A stretch of DNA of 29,628 bases from a bacterium (GTDB taxonomy: Bacteria; DRYD01): positions 1 through 29,628 of the forward strand of contig JBCNVB010000028.1 of assembly GCA_039630415.1 (NCBI GenBank), written 5' to 3'. Below the pieces are notes generated by a model. That model made no database searches, was not told the DNA's origin, and was given only the letters and a program-made list of their open reading frames with translations. Positions 7,868 through 17,599 of this stretch are shown in pieces; the first letter of the stretch is position 1; each line of letters opens with the position of its first letter. The position numbers and the translations under genes were made by a program.

Positions 7868-10242
7868 GTAGTTTCTACCTCTTTCTTGGTTAATTGCATG
7901 TATTTCTGACTATACCTTCTTAATTCTTCTTGAGCTTCAGGGGTATCAAGTAATGTTCCCTTATTTGAAATATATATTGCTACAGCTATGATAACCAGAG
8001 AGATAAGAATTATTGTTATTCTTAAACCTGGGTTTATGGAGTCTATACTGGCTAGTAATGGAGCAATAAGTAAAGCTACAAGATTTATAACTTTTATCAA
8101 TGGGTTTATAGCAGGTCCTGTAGTATCTTTAAGAGGATCACCTACGGTATCACCAACAACTCCTGCTTTGTGATATTCAGTTCCTTTACCTCCAAGGAAT
8201 CCCTCTTCTATTTTCTTTTTAGCATTATCCCATAACCCCCCAGCGTTAGCCATATAAACCGCAAGCAATTGTCCTACTAATATGACACCTCCCAGCAAAG
8301 CACCCAAAGCCTCAGCACCAAACAGAAAACCTATTAAAACAGGTGAAAATATACCTACTATTCCAGGACCTATTAATTCTTTCTGAGCAGCAGCAGTTGC
8401 TATACTTACACACTTTCCATACTCAGGCTTAGCCTTACCCTCCAAAAGACCACTAATCGTTCTAAATTGCCTTCTAACCTCTTCTACTATCTTAAATGCA
8501 CTCCTGCCAACTGCATTTATAGTAAAACTTGCAAAGAAGAAAGGTATAGCTCCACCAGCTAATAAACCTAAAAATACCGTAGGCTGATCTATTCTAATAC
8601 CCTTAACTAACTCCGCTTCACTTACATATGAAACAAATAAAGATATAGCAGCAAATACAGCTGTGGCTATTGCCAACCCCTTGGTCAAAGCTTTCGTAGT
8701 ATTACCTACAGCATCTAACTTCGCTATTATCTCCTGAGGCCTCTTACTATCTAAGCTTTTAGCTACACCAGACATTTCAAATATACCATTTGCATTATCA
8801 GATATAGGACCATAGGTATCCATCGCCAAAATGTATCCAGTAGTAGTTAGTAAACCCATACCAGCAAGAGAAATAGCGTACATTTGTAAATACAAATTCT
8901 CTGGGAATAGCAAGAAAGAAATCCCAACTACACCGATAATAGAAGTAATAGCCCAAGCACTACTTTGATACCCATGTGCCATACCAGTTAATATCAAAGT
9001 AGCAGGCCCCGTCTTTGATGAATATGATGTCTCCGTAACAGGGAGTTTATCAATATGTGTATAGTAATCAGTAATCAATAAAGTTATAGCAGCTAATACT
9101 ACTCCCAAACTCGTAGCTATGAAAAATCTAAAGTCATATTGACCAAACCACTTCGCCCAATCTGGAGTAGTAGGTAATGCAGGTATCAAAAAGTTAATCA
9201 AAAATACAGCAAAAATTGTAGCAAATATAGATACCCAGAAACCAAAATTAATAGGTCTCATAGGATTTGTATCATCCTCTTTGGGATTAAGAGCTATAAC
9301 CCCTAAAACCGAAGTTATTACACCTATACCTCTAACCAATAAAGGATAGAAAACCAAGAGTAAAGTCCATTTGTTAATAAGCTCTTTTGTCCATCCGTAC
9401 TGAGATTGGAGTAAGTTAACAAAAGCCTGATCAGTAAAAACAACCACCCCAAGAACAATAGAAGCTACTAAGGTTACAGCGTAACTTTCAAATACGTCTG
9501 CAACCATTCCCGCACAGTCTCCTACATTATCTCCAACGTTGTCAGCAACCACCGCAGGATTACGAGGATCATCTTCAGGTATACCTGCTTCAACCTTACC
9601 AACTATATCAGCTCCTACATCAGCAGCTTTGGTATATATTCCACCCCCTACTCTCATAAACAATGCTCCCAACGATCCACCAAAACCAAAACCAATAAAC
9701 ACCTTAACCGCTTCCTCTTTGTAGATTAAAAATAATATAGCAGCTCCTAATAAAGCCAATCCCACTGTAGCCATTCCAGCAACACTTCCAGCTCTAAAAG
9801 CTATTTTCATTGCTCTAACATAGCTGGTTATGGCAGCTTGTGCAGTCCTTTGATTAGCCCTAACAGCTAGATACATCCCCGTCCCACCAGCAGCATACGA
9901 AAAACCAACACCCATCAAAAACGCAATTGCAACACCTAATGCTAAAAATGAATTCTTAAATATACTCAAGTAGAGGATAAAAAGAACTATGGCAAGGATA
10001 ACAACAAAGATACTCATGGTTTGGGCTTGTTTACTAAGATAAGCTGCTGCACCTTCTTGAATAGCAGCAGCTATCCTTTGCATATCCTCATTCCCCGGAT
10101 CCTGTTTCATAACTTTATAAAACGTTACACCAGCAAATATTATACCCAACAATGCACAACCCAAAACCAAGAATATATACAAGTACTCTTGACTTGTAAA
10201 CGTTGGTAAGACTATTTTTGCTTCACTAGCTAGGAAAATCAC
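7864..10242 (-). CDS. hppA: Membrane-bound pyrophosphatase (predicted K+-independent H+-translocating type)
   Basis: [68 protein letters not shown]; many TM helices; GTG start after GGAGGTG. Confidence 0.96.
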   Translation of the reverse strand: MIFLASEAKIVLPTFTSQEYLYIFLVLGCALLGIIFAGVTFYKVMKQDPGNEDMQRIAAAIQEGAAAYLSKQAQTMSIFVVILAIVLFILYLSIFKNSFLALGVAIAFLMGVGFSYAAGGTGMYLAVRANQRTAQAAITSYVRAMKIAFRAGSVAGMATVGLALLGAAILFLIYKEEAVKVFIGFGFGGSLGALFMRVGGGIYTKAADVGADIVGKVEAGIPEDDPRNPAVVADNVGDNVGDCAGMVADVFESYAVTLVASIVLGVVVFTDQAFVNLLQSQYGWTKELINKWTLLLVFYPLLVRGIGVITSVLGVIALNPKEDDTNPMRPINFGFWVSIFATIFAVFLINFLIPALPTTPDWAKWFGQYDFRFFIATSLGVVLAAITLLITDYYTHIDKLPVTETSYSSKTGPATLILTGMAHGYQSSAWAITSIIGVVGISFLLFPENLYLQMYAISLAGMGLLTTTGYILAMDTYGPISDNANGIFEMSGVAKSLDSKRPQEIIAKLDAVGNTTKALTKGLAIATAVFAAISLFVSYVSEAELVKGIRIDQPTVFLGLLAGGAIPFFFASFTINAVGRSAFKIVEEVRRQFRTISGLLEGKAKPEYGKCVSIATAAAQKELIGPGIVGIFSPVLIGFLFGAEALGALLGGVILVGQLLAVYMANAGGLWDNAKKKIEEGFLGGKGTEYHKAGVVGDTVGDPLKDTTGPAINPLIKVINLVALLIAPLLASIDSINPGLRITIILISLVIIAVAIYISNKGTLLDTPEAQEELRRYSQKYMQLTKKEVETT

Positions 10243-10288
10243 CCTCCTTCACCTCCGTCTATTAATCCATCACTATTTTCCATACACT

Positions 10289-10316
10289 ATCATATTTCTA
10301 TGGCTCTTTTTGCCAA
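10289..10316 (-). promoter_or_regulatory. Putative sigma70-type promoter for hppA
   Basis: Minus strand TTGGCA-N16-TATGAT about 47 nt upstream of the GTG; tandem SD GGAGGTGAAGGAGG at 10243-10256. Confidence 0.4.
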
Positions 10317-10338
10317 CCTTCAATGATACTTGATTTGA

Positions 10339-11511
10339 TTATTTTACTTTGTAGTTAGCTATTATAGCTATAGCTATATCTCCCCAAACGTTCATAGCTG
10401 TTCTAAACATATCCAAAAATCTATCGATAACAACGATAATAGCTATACCTTCTAAAGGTATACCAACAGCTGTAAAAACAATGGACATAGTAACCAATCC
10501 TGCACCAGGTATAGCTGCAGCTCCAACAGCAGCAAGTACAGAAGTAATCGAAACTATAACATAATCAAACAAACTTAAATTAACCCCAAAAATACCCGCA
10601 ACAAATAAAGCAGCAACAGCCTCATACAAAGCAGTACCATTCATATTAACCGTAGCACCCAACGGTAAAACAAATTCTACAACTTCTTTTCTTAGTTTTA
10701 ATCCATCTGTACAAACACTCATGCTAACAGGTAAGGTAGCAGAACTAGAACAAGTTGAAAAAGCAAATAACAAAGCCTTTAATACAACACCCATAAGCTT
10801 ATATACATTCACTCCACTTAGAATCCATACAATCAAAGGTATTATAATACCACCATGAAACAGTATTCCACCAACAACACATATAGCATACTTGTAAAGT
10901 CCTTTAAAAGCATCTAACCCAAAATTCGCAACTAAATTTGAAATAATACAAAAAACTCCTATGAAAGTTAATGAAATAACCCACTTAACTATTACCATAA
11001 AAATTTCTAATAGATAATTAAGCAAGTTTGCAACCTGATCAACATTCTTTTCAACCTTTAGAATAGCGATAGAGAATAAAACAAAGAAAAATATAACGTG
11101 TAAAATACTACCTTCAGAAAGTGATCTAAAGATATTAGCTGGGAAAAAACCTAGAATGAATTCCTCAAAACTCTTACTTACAACCTGAAAATCTTTCTTG
11201 ACAAAACTTATACCCTGACTGGGATCAACAACTAAAACAAATCCAATTCCAACCAACACAGCAATGATCATCGTAAAAAAATAAAGAAAAATACTGTATG
11301 TTCCCAATTTTTTAAGCTTATCTATTGACCTTAAATTAACAATAGCGCTTGTAATGGAAATAATAACCAACGGGATAACCAGCATTTTAAGCAGGGTTAA
11401 AAATATATCACCAACTATCTTGATTTTTTTAGATAAATCTGGAAAAACTAAACCAAAAATAATACCACTGACTATACTAGCAAATATTAGTAAGGTATCT
11501 TTCTTAGCCAT
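10339..11511 (-). CDS. Dicarboxylate/amino acid:cation symporter (DAACS; GltP/GltT family)
   Basis: AFSTCSSSATLP, LPLGATVNMNGTALY, GAAAIPGAG, DRFLDMFRTAMNVWGD. Confidence 0.93.
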   Translation of the reverse strand: MAKKDTLLIFASIVSGIIFGLVFPDLSKKIKIVGDIFLTLLKMLVIPLVIISITSAIVNLRSIDKLKKLGTYSIFLYFFTMIIAVLVGIGFVLVVDPSQGISFVKKDFQVVSKSFEEFILGFFPANIFRSLSEGSILHVIFFFVLFSIAILKVEKNVDQVANLLNYLLEIFMVIVKWVISLTFIGVFCIISNLVANFGLDAFKGLYKYAICVVGGILFHGGIIIPLIVWILSGVNVYKLMGVVLKALLFAFSTCSSSATLPVSMSVCTDGLKLRKEVVEFVLPLGATVNMNGTALYEAVAALFVAGIFGVNLSLFDYVIVSITSVLAAVGAAAIPGAGLVTMSIVFTAVGIPLEGIAIIVVIDRFLDMFRTAMNVWGDIAIAIIANYKVK

Positions 11512-11523
11512 AGTGTATTTAAC

Positions 11524-12183
11524 TTATTTTCTGGTGATTTCTATAGAGAATATTTTTTTACCCACCTTAAGCCACTTATTAAGATACTTTGTTTGATACT
11601 TTTCATACCAGAAACCTAAAAATACATTCTCAACTTTGAATAAAGGTTTATGAGAATTGACGGTATCAATTGAATCTAGTATATAATCTTTGTACTTTTC
11701 AACATCAGTAGATATGAAGATCTTAGAGTTTTGCTTCATTTTGGGATAGATCATTTTGAAGAAGTTAGGATTTAGTAATCTTCTAGAAATATGGGCTTTT
11801 TTAGGCCATGGATCAGGAAAATTAACAATAATCAAGTCTAAAAAGTTTTCCGGTACTAGAAAATATATGGCAAAATTAGCCATCGAAGATATTAATCTAA
11901 CATTATTTATTCCTTCTTTGGTCAATTTCTTTGCTACATGCTTAACTAGATAGTCTGATTTTTCTATTCCTATAATTTGCTTATCTTGATTGTCTTTTGC
12001 GTATTCTATAATAAACTTACCATCGCCAAAACCAATCTCCAAAACAACATACGTAATTTTTTCAAACACTAAATGAGCAATATAATTGGTATCTCTTGAA
12101 ATCTTGATAAAATTATCATTAACGTTCAAAGAGTAAAGTTTTTGGTACAAATTTATTGGAAAAATTATATAGGAGTAGCTCAT
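11524..12183 (-). CDS. trmB: tRNA (guanine46-N7)-methyltransferase
   Basis: LEIGFGDG, GIE, NFPDPWPKKAH..RR, STD, TKY. Confidence 0.9.
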   Translation of the reverse strand: MSYSYIIFPINLYQKLYSLNVNDNFIKISRDTNYIAHLVFEKITYVVLEIGFGDGKFIIEYAKDNQDKQIIGIEKSDYLVKHVAKKLTKEGINNVRLISSMANFAIYFLVPENFLDLIIVNFPDPWPKKAHISRRLLNPNFFKMIYPKMKQNSKIFISTDVEKYKDYILDSIDTVNSHKPLFKVENVFLGFWYEKYQTKYLNKWLKVGKKIFSIEITRK

Positions 12184-13085
12184 GGTAGAGAATAAGAAGA
12201 AATACTTTTACCATTTATTTTAACAATAATCTTTCCTTCCCCAATATAGTAAATCTGTAAATTAGAAACAAACATACCTGTATAGTACTGTTTTAATACC
12301 ACACGAGATCCAAGAAAATCCGAAAGTACAATCTCTAGATGGTTAATATCAGAAGTGTAAGGAGTTTTTAAGTATATACTAGTTATTTTCATAGTTGGTA
12401 ATTGTCTGTAATTTACAGCAAACTTAGCTACAATACTTCGAGGACTTATATCTATGTCCTGCATAACTCTATCTTCATTTTCAAAAGTATCTTCCAACTC
12501 TATAAGGTAAGCATCATTATCAACAGAATATAAAAAATCACTCAAATCAACATAGTTCTGTAAATCATTCTTAGTCGGTTTTTTAGCTACAATAAGATTT
12601 ACCTTTTTGTTTTTAGGAAAATCGTTAAAGGGTACCTGCATAACTATTTGACCTTCATGTATCAAAAGAGAAGGGTAATAAATCGTTCTAATAGAAAGAT
12701 TATACTTCTTTAAGAAAGAATTAACTATTGGGTCAGATAAAAACTCATCTATTTTTTTGCCCGTAAAGTTAGGTAATTCTTGTTCTCTCTTACCTACACT
12801 AATCACAACTTTAACAATACTATTTTTTCTTACCTCAACCCCCGGTTCAGGATATTGACGTATGATAACATTCTTTGGTTTGTTAGAAAAAGAATACGAA
12901 ACTATCTCTAACTTTAAATTTATTAACTTTAAATTTTCCTGTGCAGCATATATGTCCATATTAACTATGTTAGGAACTACAACTAAACCCTCCTCATGAC
13001 CATAAAAAAAATTGTACACATAAAACAATCCAGCTATCATTATACAAAGTATAGTTAAGGAAAAGAAAATATTAAAAATTCTCAT
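12180..13085 (-). CDS. Membrane-anchored PASTA domain protein (no kinase domain)
   Basis: N-terminal TM helix; VVVPNIVN..VIIRQYPEPG..V.V.ISVG; second degenerate repeat LPNFTG..GQIVMQ.P. Confidence 0.8.
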   Translation of the reverse strand: MRIFNIFFSLTILCIMIAGLFYVYNFFYGHEEGLVVVPNIVNMDIYAAQENLKLINLKLEIVSYSFSNKPKNVIIRQYPEPGVEVRKNSIVKVVISVGKREQELPNFTGKKIDEFLSDPIVNSFLKKYNLSIRTIYYPSLLIHEGQIVMQVPFNDFPKNKKVNLIVAKKPTKNDLQNYVDLSDFLYSVDNDAYLIELEDTFENEDRVMQDIDISPRSIVAKFAVNYRQLPTMKITSIYLKTPYTSDINHLEIVLSDFLGSRVVLKQYYTGMFVSNLQIYYIGEGKIIVKINGKSISSYSLP

Positions 13086-13585
13086 TAGGCCTTGGATACT
13101 ATAGTGTAAATGTTAAAATTGTCCACAGTTATTTCCTTTTCTACCTTTACATTAGGTATTTTTGCAATAATTTCTTCTATGATTTGCTTATATCGTTCAG
13201 GTTGTGTCCTAGATTTGCCAATTAGTTGAAGAGTTATTTTCACTTTATTCCCTTCGTCAAGAATCCTTTTTATTGTTTGTACTTTTATCTCTATTCCACT
13301 ACGATCTATTTTGTTTTTGAGTTTAACTTCCTTAAGTTCCTGTTTTTTTTGATTTTTACGTGCTTCTTTTTCTTTTTTTATTAGTTCATACTTAAATTTT
13401 CCGAAATCAAGGATTTTGCAAGTAGGTGGGTCAGAGTTAGGAGCTACCTCCACTAAATCCAGTCCCTTCTCTTCCGCTAATTCCAACGCCTGCCTTATAT
13501 CCATTATCCCTAGGTTTCTGTTTTGCTCATCTATAACTCTAACTTTAGGTACTCTTATCTCTTTATTAACTCTATACTTCTGTAT
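13085..13585 (-). CDS. infC: Translation initiation factor IF-3, non-canonical ATA start (166 aa)
   Basis: The track's ORF (start 13504) extends 27 codons upstream in frame (IQKYRVNKEIRVPKVRVIDEQNRNLGI) to ATA at 13585, just downstream of GGAGGTG. An in-frame TGA at 13594-13592 blocks further extension. Body has GLDLVEVAPNSDPPTCKILDFGKFKYE. Confidence 0.9.
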   Translation of the reverse strand: MQKYRVNKEIRVPKVRVIDEQNRNLGIMDIRQALELAEEKGLDLVEVAPNSDPPTCKILDFGKFKYELIKKEKEARKNQKKQELKEVKLKNKIDRSGIEIKVQTIKRILDEGNKVKITLQLIGKSRTQPERYKQIIEEIIAKIPNVKVEKEITVDNFNIYTIVSKA

Positions 13586-14714
13586 AGTTACTCACCTCCT
13601 CATATATCTTCCTTGAACTACCAAGAGAGGTTAAAAACAAGTGAGGTGTATAGTTATTTAACATAGCCAAAAACTCAATCTCTAGAACTTCTGAAAACAA
13701 ATAAATTTTTGAAATATACTCATCCTCCTCCAGAAAATTGACATCAAAAGCAACTATATCCATTGACATAGTACCTAAAGATTTACATAAGACCCTTCTC
13801 TTATTTGTTATCACATCAAACAAAAGGTTTTGACAGTACGGAATCCTAGAATATCCCACAAAAGCTAATCCAACTTTATAGTCTTTATTGGCTACAAAAT
13901 TATTGATATTAGTATAACCTATACTTTCATTTCTTGTAACCATTTTTGTACCTAAAAAACTGACTTCCATATGGATTGATTGATGTATACCCATTTGATG
14001 CTTAATAGGAACATACTTGTATGAAGGAGCTACACCATACATTAAAATTCCAATCCTCACATTGTTTGATATTTGCAATAAGTACTTAACTCTATCATCC
14101 TCAATCTTCATCAATTGATGATAATTCATAACTCCTGAACTATTTAAAAAACCTATATCTTTATTCTTCAAATCTATATTGTTTTTGAGGATAAACTCAT
14201 AAAAGCATGTTAATTGTTCCATAATTTCCTGAATATTATCACTTTTCAAATGTGTATATATTCCCGTTAGCTGTACATTATCTGGTAGATAAATTTTGTC
14301 AGTATATTTTATACCAGTTCTGTTAATACCACTGTCTACTTCAAGCTGAGCTTTTATTTTATGCTTTATTTTCTTCACTAAGCTTAACATTTCCCTACTG
14401 TTAATACTTATTTCAATGTTGGAGTATTTTGTAATGTTTTCAATAATTTGCTGGTTAAGCTCTGGAAACAGAAGCATAAATATTCTAGGATAACTGTATA
14501 GCTTGTATTCAAAGTATTCTTCAGCATTATTTATAGCCACTTTGTAAACTTGATCAACTATTGCGGGGAGAATATTATTTATTCCTAATCCATAAGCATT
14601 GGCTTTTAGAACAGCTATTACCTGGTAAGGAATAAAAGATTTTATTTTAGATAAGTTAGTTTTTATAGTGTCCAGATTTACGATGATGTTAGTATTTGTT
14701 CTATTAGTTCGCAT
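13572..14714 (-). CDS. alr: Alanine racemase family PLP enzyme, divergent
   Basis: AVLKANAYGLG (PLP Lys), VDSGINRTG, YTH, NSSG, VRIGILMYG, IGY (catalytic Tyr), SMD. Confidence 0.78.
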   Translation of the reverse strand: MRTNRTNTNIIVNLDTIKTNLSKIKSFIPYQVIAVLKANAYGLGINNILPAIVDQVYKVAINNAEEYFEYKLYSYPRIFMLLFPELNQQIIENITKYSNIEISINSREMLSLVKKIKHKIKAQLEVDSGINRTGIKYTDKIYLPDNVQLTGIYTHLKSDNIQEIMEQLTCFYEFILKNNIDLKNKDIGFLNSSGVMNYHQLMKIEDDRVKYLLQISNNVRIGILMYGVAPSYKYVPIKHQMGIHQSIHMEVSFLGTKMVTRNESIGYTNINNFVANKDYKVGLAFVGYSRIPYCQNLLFDVITNKRRVLCKSLGTMSMDIVAFDVNFLEEDEYISKIYLFSEVLEIEFLAMLNNYTPHLFLTSLGSSRKIYEEVSNYTEV

Positions 14715-15256
14715 ATGATGTGTTCTATCATTATATGGGCTTCTTGAATTCTTTGAGTATTATCATGTTTAACAACAACAGCTATATCCACCATATCTTT
14801 TAGTTTTCCACCATTTCTTCCAAGTAATCCTATCGATATTATTCCCTTATTTTTTGCTTCCTGAGCAGCTTTTAGTAGATTGGGAGAGTTACCACTAGTA
14901 GAGATGAGTACAATAACATCTCCCGGGTTACCTATTGCTTTTATTTGCCTAGCAAAAATCTCTGTAAAATCATAATCATTCGATACCGCAGTTATTATTG
15001 AAGTATCAGTTGTCAGAGCAATAGCTGGTAAAGGAACCCTATCACTACTTATCTTACCCACTAGTTCAGCTGCAAAGTGTTGGCTATCCGCTGCAGAACC
15101 ACCATTTCCCGCCAACATCACCTTCTTACCATTTTTTATACAATTAGTAATGACATATATAACCTTCAACAAATTGGTCATTATCTCTTCGTCTTCAAGA
15201 ATTGCCTGCTTTAATGATATCGAATCTCTGATAATCGACTTGATAGAATTAATCAT
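14678..15256 (-). CDS. gmhA: D-sedoheptulose 7-phosphate isomerase
   Basis: GNGGSAADSQHFAAEL, NDY..IFARQ, ISTSGNSPN, RIQEAH. Confidence 0.95.
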   Translation of the reverse strand: MINSIKSIIRDSISLKQAILEDEEIMTNLLKVIYVITNCIKNGKKVMLAGNGGSAADSQHFAAELVGKISSDRVPLPAIALTTDTSIITAVSNDYDFTEIFARQIKAIGNPGDVIVLISTSGNSPNLLKAAQEAKNKGIISIGLLGRNGGKLKDMVDIAVVVKHDNTQRIQEAHIMIEHIICELIEQILTSS

Positions 15257-15259
15257 TCA

Positions 15260-15727
15260 TTAGAACTTGATGTATACCCTAACTTTAGAATTAATTCTAG
15301 TTTGCATGTCCAAAGAAGCACCCAAATCTATAAAAACATTTGGTCTGACAGTGTAAATAGTATTTAATCCAAAACTAATCGATCTATGGTTACCTATTGA
15401 ACTATAATTTCCAAGCTTGCTACTAAAAAAGGAATACGGCGATTGATAAAGGGATTGATTATAAAAGTTAGAAAAACTATAGTTACTCAGTTTATACCCC
15501 TCAAATGTTTCATATTTAAAGTCCAAAAACAAAAACAACTTTTTACTACCAAATTTACCGTTAAGATTTTGATTACTCAATGAATTTATTTTGTTTATGT
15601 CAAAAACAAAATTTTTAGTATAATTCGGGTAATTATTAGAATAATTGAAATAGCTGAATGCATACGAAAAAGACAAAGTTAATATAACTAACCCCAAACT
15701 AATAAGTATCTTCCTCATTTTTATCAT
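15260..15727 (-). CDS. Hypothetical exported protein, possible small outer-membrane protein
   Basis: Signal peptide (MRKILISLGLVILTLSFSYA); Asn/Ser/aromatic-rich; ends VRVYIKF. Start may be the second Met (15718). Confidence 0.6.
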   Translation of the reverse strand: MIKMRKILISLGLVILTLSFSYAFSYFNYSNNYPNYTKNFVFDINKINSLSNQNLNGKFGSKKLFLFLDFKYETFEGYKLSNYSFSNFYNQSLYQSPYSFFSSKLGNYSSIGNHRSISFGLNTIYTVRPNVFIDLGASLDMQTRINSKVRVYIKF

Positions 15728-16256
15728 TTATAGAATTCACTTCACTATCTTGTTTCCCTTCTATTTTTTGTATCTCTTTTAGCTTAATTATTTTTTGGTT
15801 AATATCAACAAACTGCCCTATTTCCGCAAATTTTTCTACTACCTGGTAATATTTATCAGCAATTATTGAATGTTCCATTTTCATAGCAGATATAATGACG
15901 ATCTGATCTCCTGGACTAACTTGATCATTTATTTTTTCTATCCTACCAGAAAGAGGAGAAACAACAAAGTAATAGTTACCCTCTTTTATTATGTAACTTA
16001 CATCCTCCACTCTAGAATCCAACTCTTCAAATGAACTATAAACTTCAAAAACATTCATATTATTGAATCCATCATAAACATAAAACTTCATACTTTGTTT
16101 TTCCGGAATGATTATAACCTTATAAATACTGTTGTATAGCTTCAAAATAAGTTTTGAGTAATCCTCTTTCTTCTCTACTTTTATCAATTCAAAATCAGTT
16201 TTACTGGTAGGTTGTATCTGACTCTTTGAATTTGAATAGAAATTCTTTATGTACAT
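15699..16256 (-). CDS. Biotinyl-domain (biotin carboxyl carrier-like) protein
   Basis: SPLSG..V.PGD....SAMKMEH.I.A biotinylation motif; about 95 aa N-terminal extension. Confidence 0.78.
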   Translation of the reverse strand: MYIKNFYSNSKSQIQPTSKTDFELIKVEKKEDYSKLILKLYNSIYKVIIIPEKQSMKFYVYDGFNNMNVFEVYSSFEELDSRVEDVSYIIKEGNYYFVVSPLSGRIEKINDQVSPGDQIVIISAMKMEHSIIADKYYQVVEKFAEIGQFVDINQKIIKLKEIQKIEGKQDSEVNSINDKNEEDTY

Positions 16257-16258
16257 GG

Positions 16259-17290
16259 TTACTTACATAAGGACAAGTCAGAAGTTTTTGTAGAAAGTCC
16301 AAAAGTATCTATTTTAAACTTTAATTCAGCAAAGTTAAATTCTTTCATTATTTTTCTAACTTCTTGATGTTTATTAGTAAGTATGAGCATGGTTCCCCCA
16401 CCAGCAGCACCGCAAAGCTTATATCCCCAACAGTATTTATCTATAGCATTACAAAACTCCTCCATATATTGGTTGGTATGATGAGCAGATAAAGTTTTTC
16501 TTATATTCCATTCTTGTTTAACCAAATCACCTACTTTTTCAATATCAGCTAAACCAATAATTTCGTAAATATCCTCGGATATCTCTTGAATTTTCTTTAA
16601 TTTTTGTATTACCTGACTGTCTTTATCTAGTAGAGCCTTAATTACAAGCCAGTTAAGATTACCAGATTCATGCTCAAAACCTGAATGAGCAAGTATAACA
16701 TAACTTTCCAGCTCTTTTATCAATTTCTCAGAATTTATTTTTTCAACTATGAACTTATTTTTATCAAATATGATCGAATTAATCCCGCCATAAATAGCAG
16801 CAATATAATCCTGTTTGCCGGTTAACGTATGAAGAACCCTTGCTTCAATACACGAAGCAAAATCTATCAAATCATATTCATTAAAATGAATCTGATTACC
16901 AACTTTGAGTAGATTTCTAATTATAGTAATAAGAAGAGCAGAAGAGGCTCCCAAACCCGATTTTAACGGAGCCTCATTTAAAGTCGTTATCTTATACCCC
17001 TTGAAATCCTCCATCCTAAAAGCTTTTATAGTTTCATATAATAACCTCGCATCCAAATTATCCCTTATGTTCTCAATATCAGATACCCTGTAGAACTTAC
17101 CAAGATCCTTTATGTTTATCTCTAAAACATCCTCATCTATTTTTTCCAAAATACACTGGCTATATATGCTAATTGATATGTTTATTACTATACTAGGTCC
17201 TAGCAAAACAAAAACAGGATAAATATCGAGTGTACCTCCGCATATATCTATCCTGTTAGGTGCTCTGCTTTCTATCACCATATCTACCAT
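16259..17290 (-). CDS. GHMP kinase, HddA-like (D-glycero-alpha-D-manno-heptose 7-phosphate kinase family)
   Basis: RAPNRIDICGGTLD, P..SGLGASSA, GKQD.IAA.YGG, KLCGAAGGG; gmhA lies 1 kb downstream in the same run. Confidence 0.75.
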   Translation of the reverse strand: MVDMVIESRAPNRIDICGGTLDIYPVFVLLGPSIVINISISIYSQCILEKIDEDVLEINIKDLGKFYRVSDIENIRDNLDARLLYETIKAFRMEDFKGYKITTLNEAPLKSGLGASSALLITIIRNLLKVGNQIHFNEYDLIDFASCIEARVLHTLTGKQDYIAAIYGGINSIIFDKNKFIVEKINSEKLIKELESYVILAHSGFEHESGNLNWLVIKALLDKDSQVIQKLKKIQEISEDIYEIIGLADIEKVGDLVKQEWNIRKTLSAHHTNQYMEEFCNAIDKYCWGYKLCGAAGGGTMLILTNKHQEVRKIMKEFNFAELKFKIDTFGLSTKTSDLSLCK

Positions 17291-17332
17291 CTACCCCCAT
17301 TAATACCACACTTCAAAATACCCAAAACACAT

Positions 17333-17599
17333 TTATTTTATATTCGATATGTACTTAAAAACCTCCACCGCAAACGTATATAAAGAGTTGGAAATCCAAC
17401 TTGCAACCAAAGCAATTACTATAAATGTAGCAACCAATTTGGGTACAAAACTCAACGTTTGTTCTTGCACCTGAGTAACAGCCTGAAGCAAACTTATAAC
17501 CAAACCTACTATCATCGAAGTTAACAACACAGGAGCAGATAATACAACTATCAAATACATTGCCTGAGTTACAAAATTCATAATATCAAACGCATTCAT
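17333..17599 (-). CDS. fliQ: Flagellar export gate protein FliQ
   Basis: VGLVISLLQAVTQVQEQTLSFVPKL; 88 aa; follows fliP. Confidence 0.93.
   Translation of the reverse strand: MNAFDIMNFVTQAMYLIVVLSAPVLLTSMIVGLVISLLQAVTQVQEQTLSFVPKLVATFIVIALVASWISNSLYTFAVEVFKYISNIK

Noticed and set aside
10243-10338. Fluoride or other riboswitch upstream of hppA
   Set aside because: A GTGATGG-like word is present on the minus strand but no complementary stem or pseudoknot could be formed, and the predicted leader is very short.
13085-13504. infC as a truncated 139-aa pseudogene
   Set aside because: The missing N-terminus is intact in frame upstream and starts at ATA behind a strong SD.
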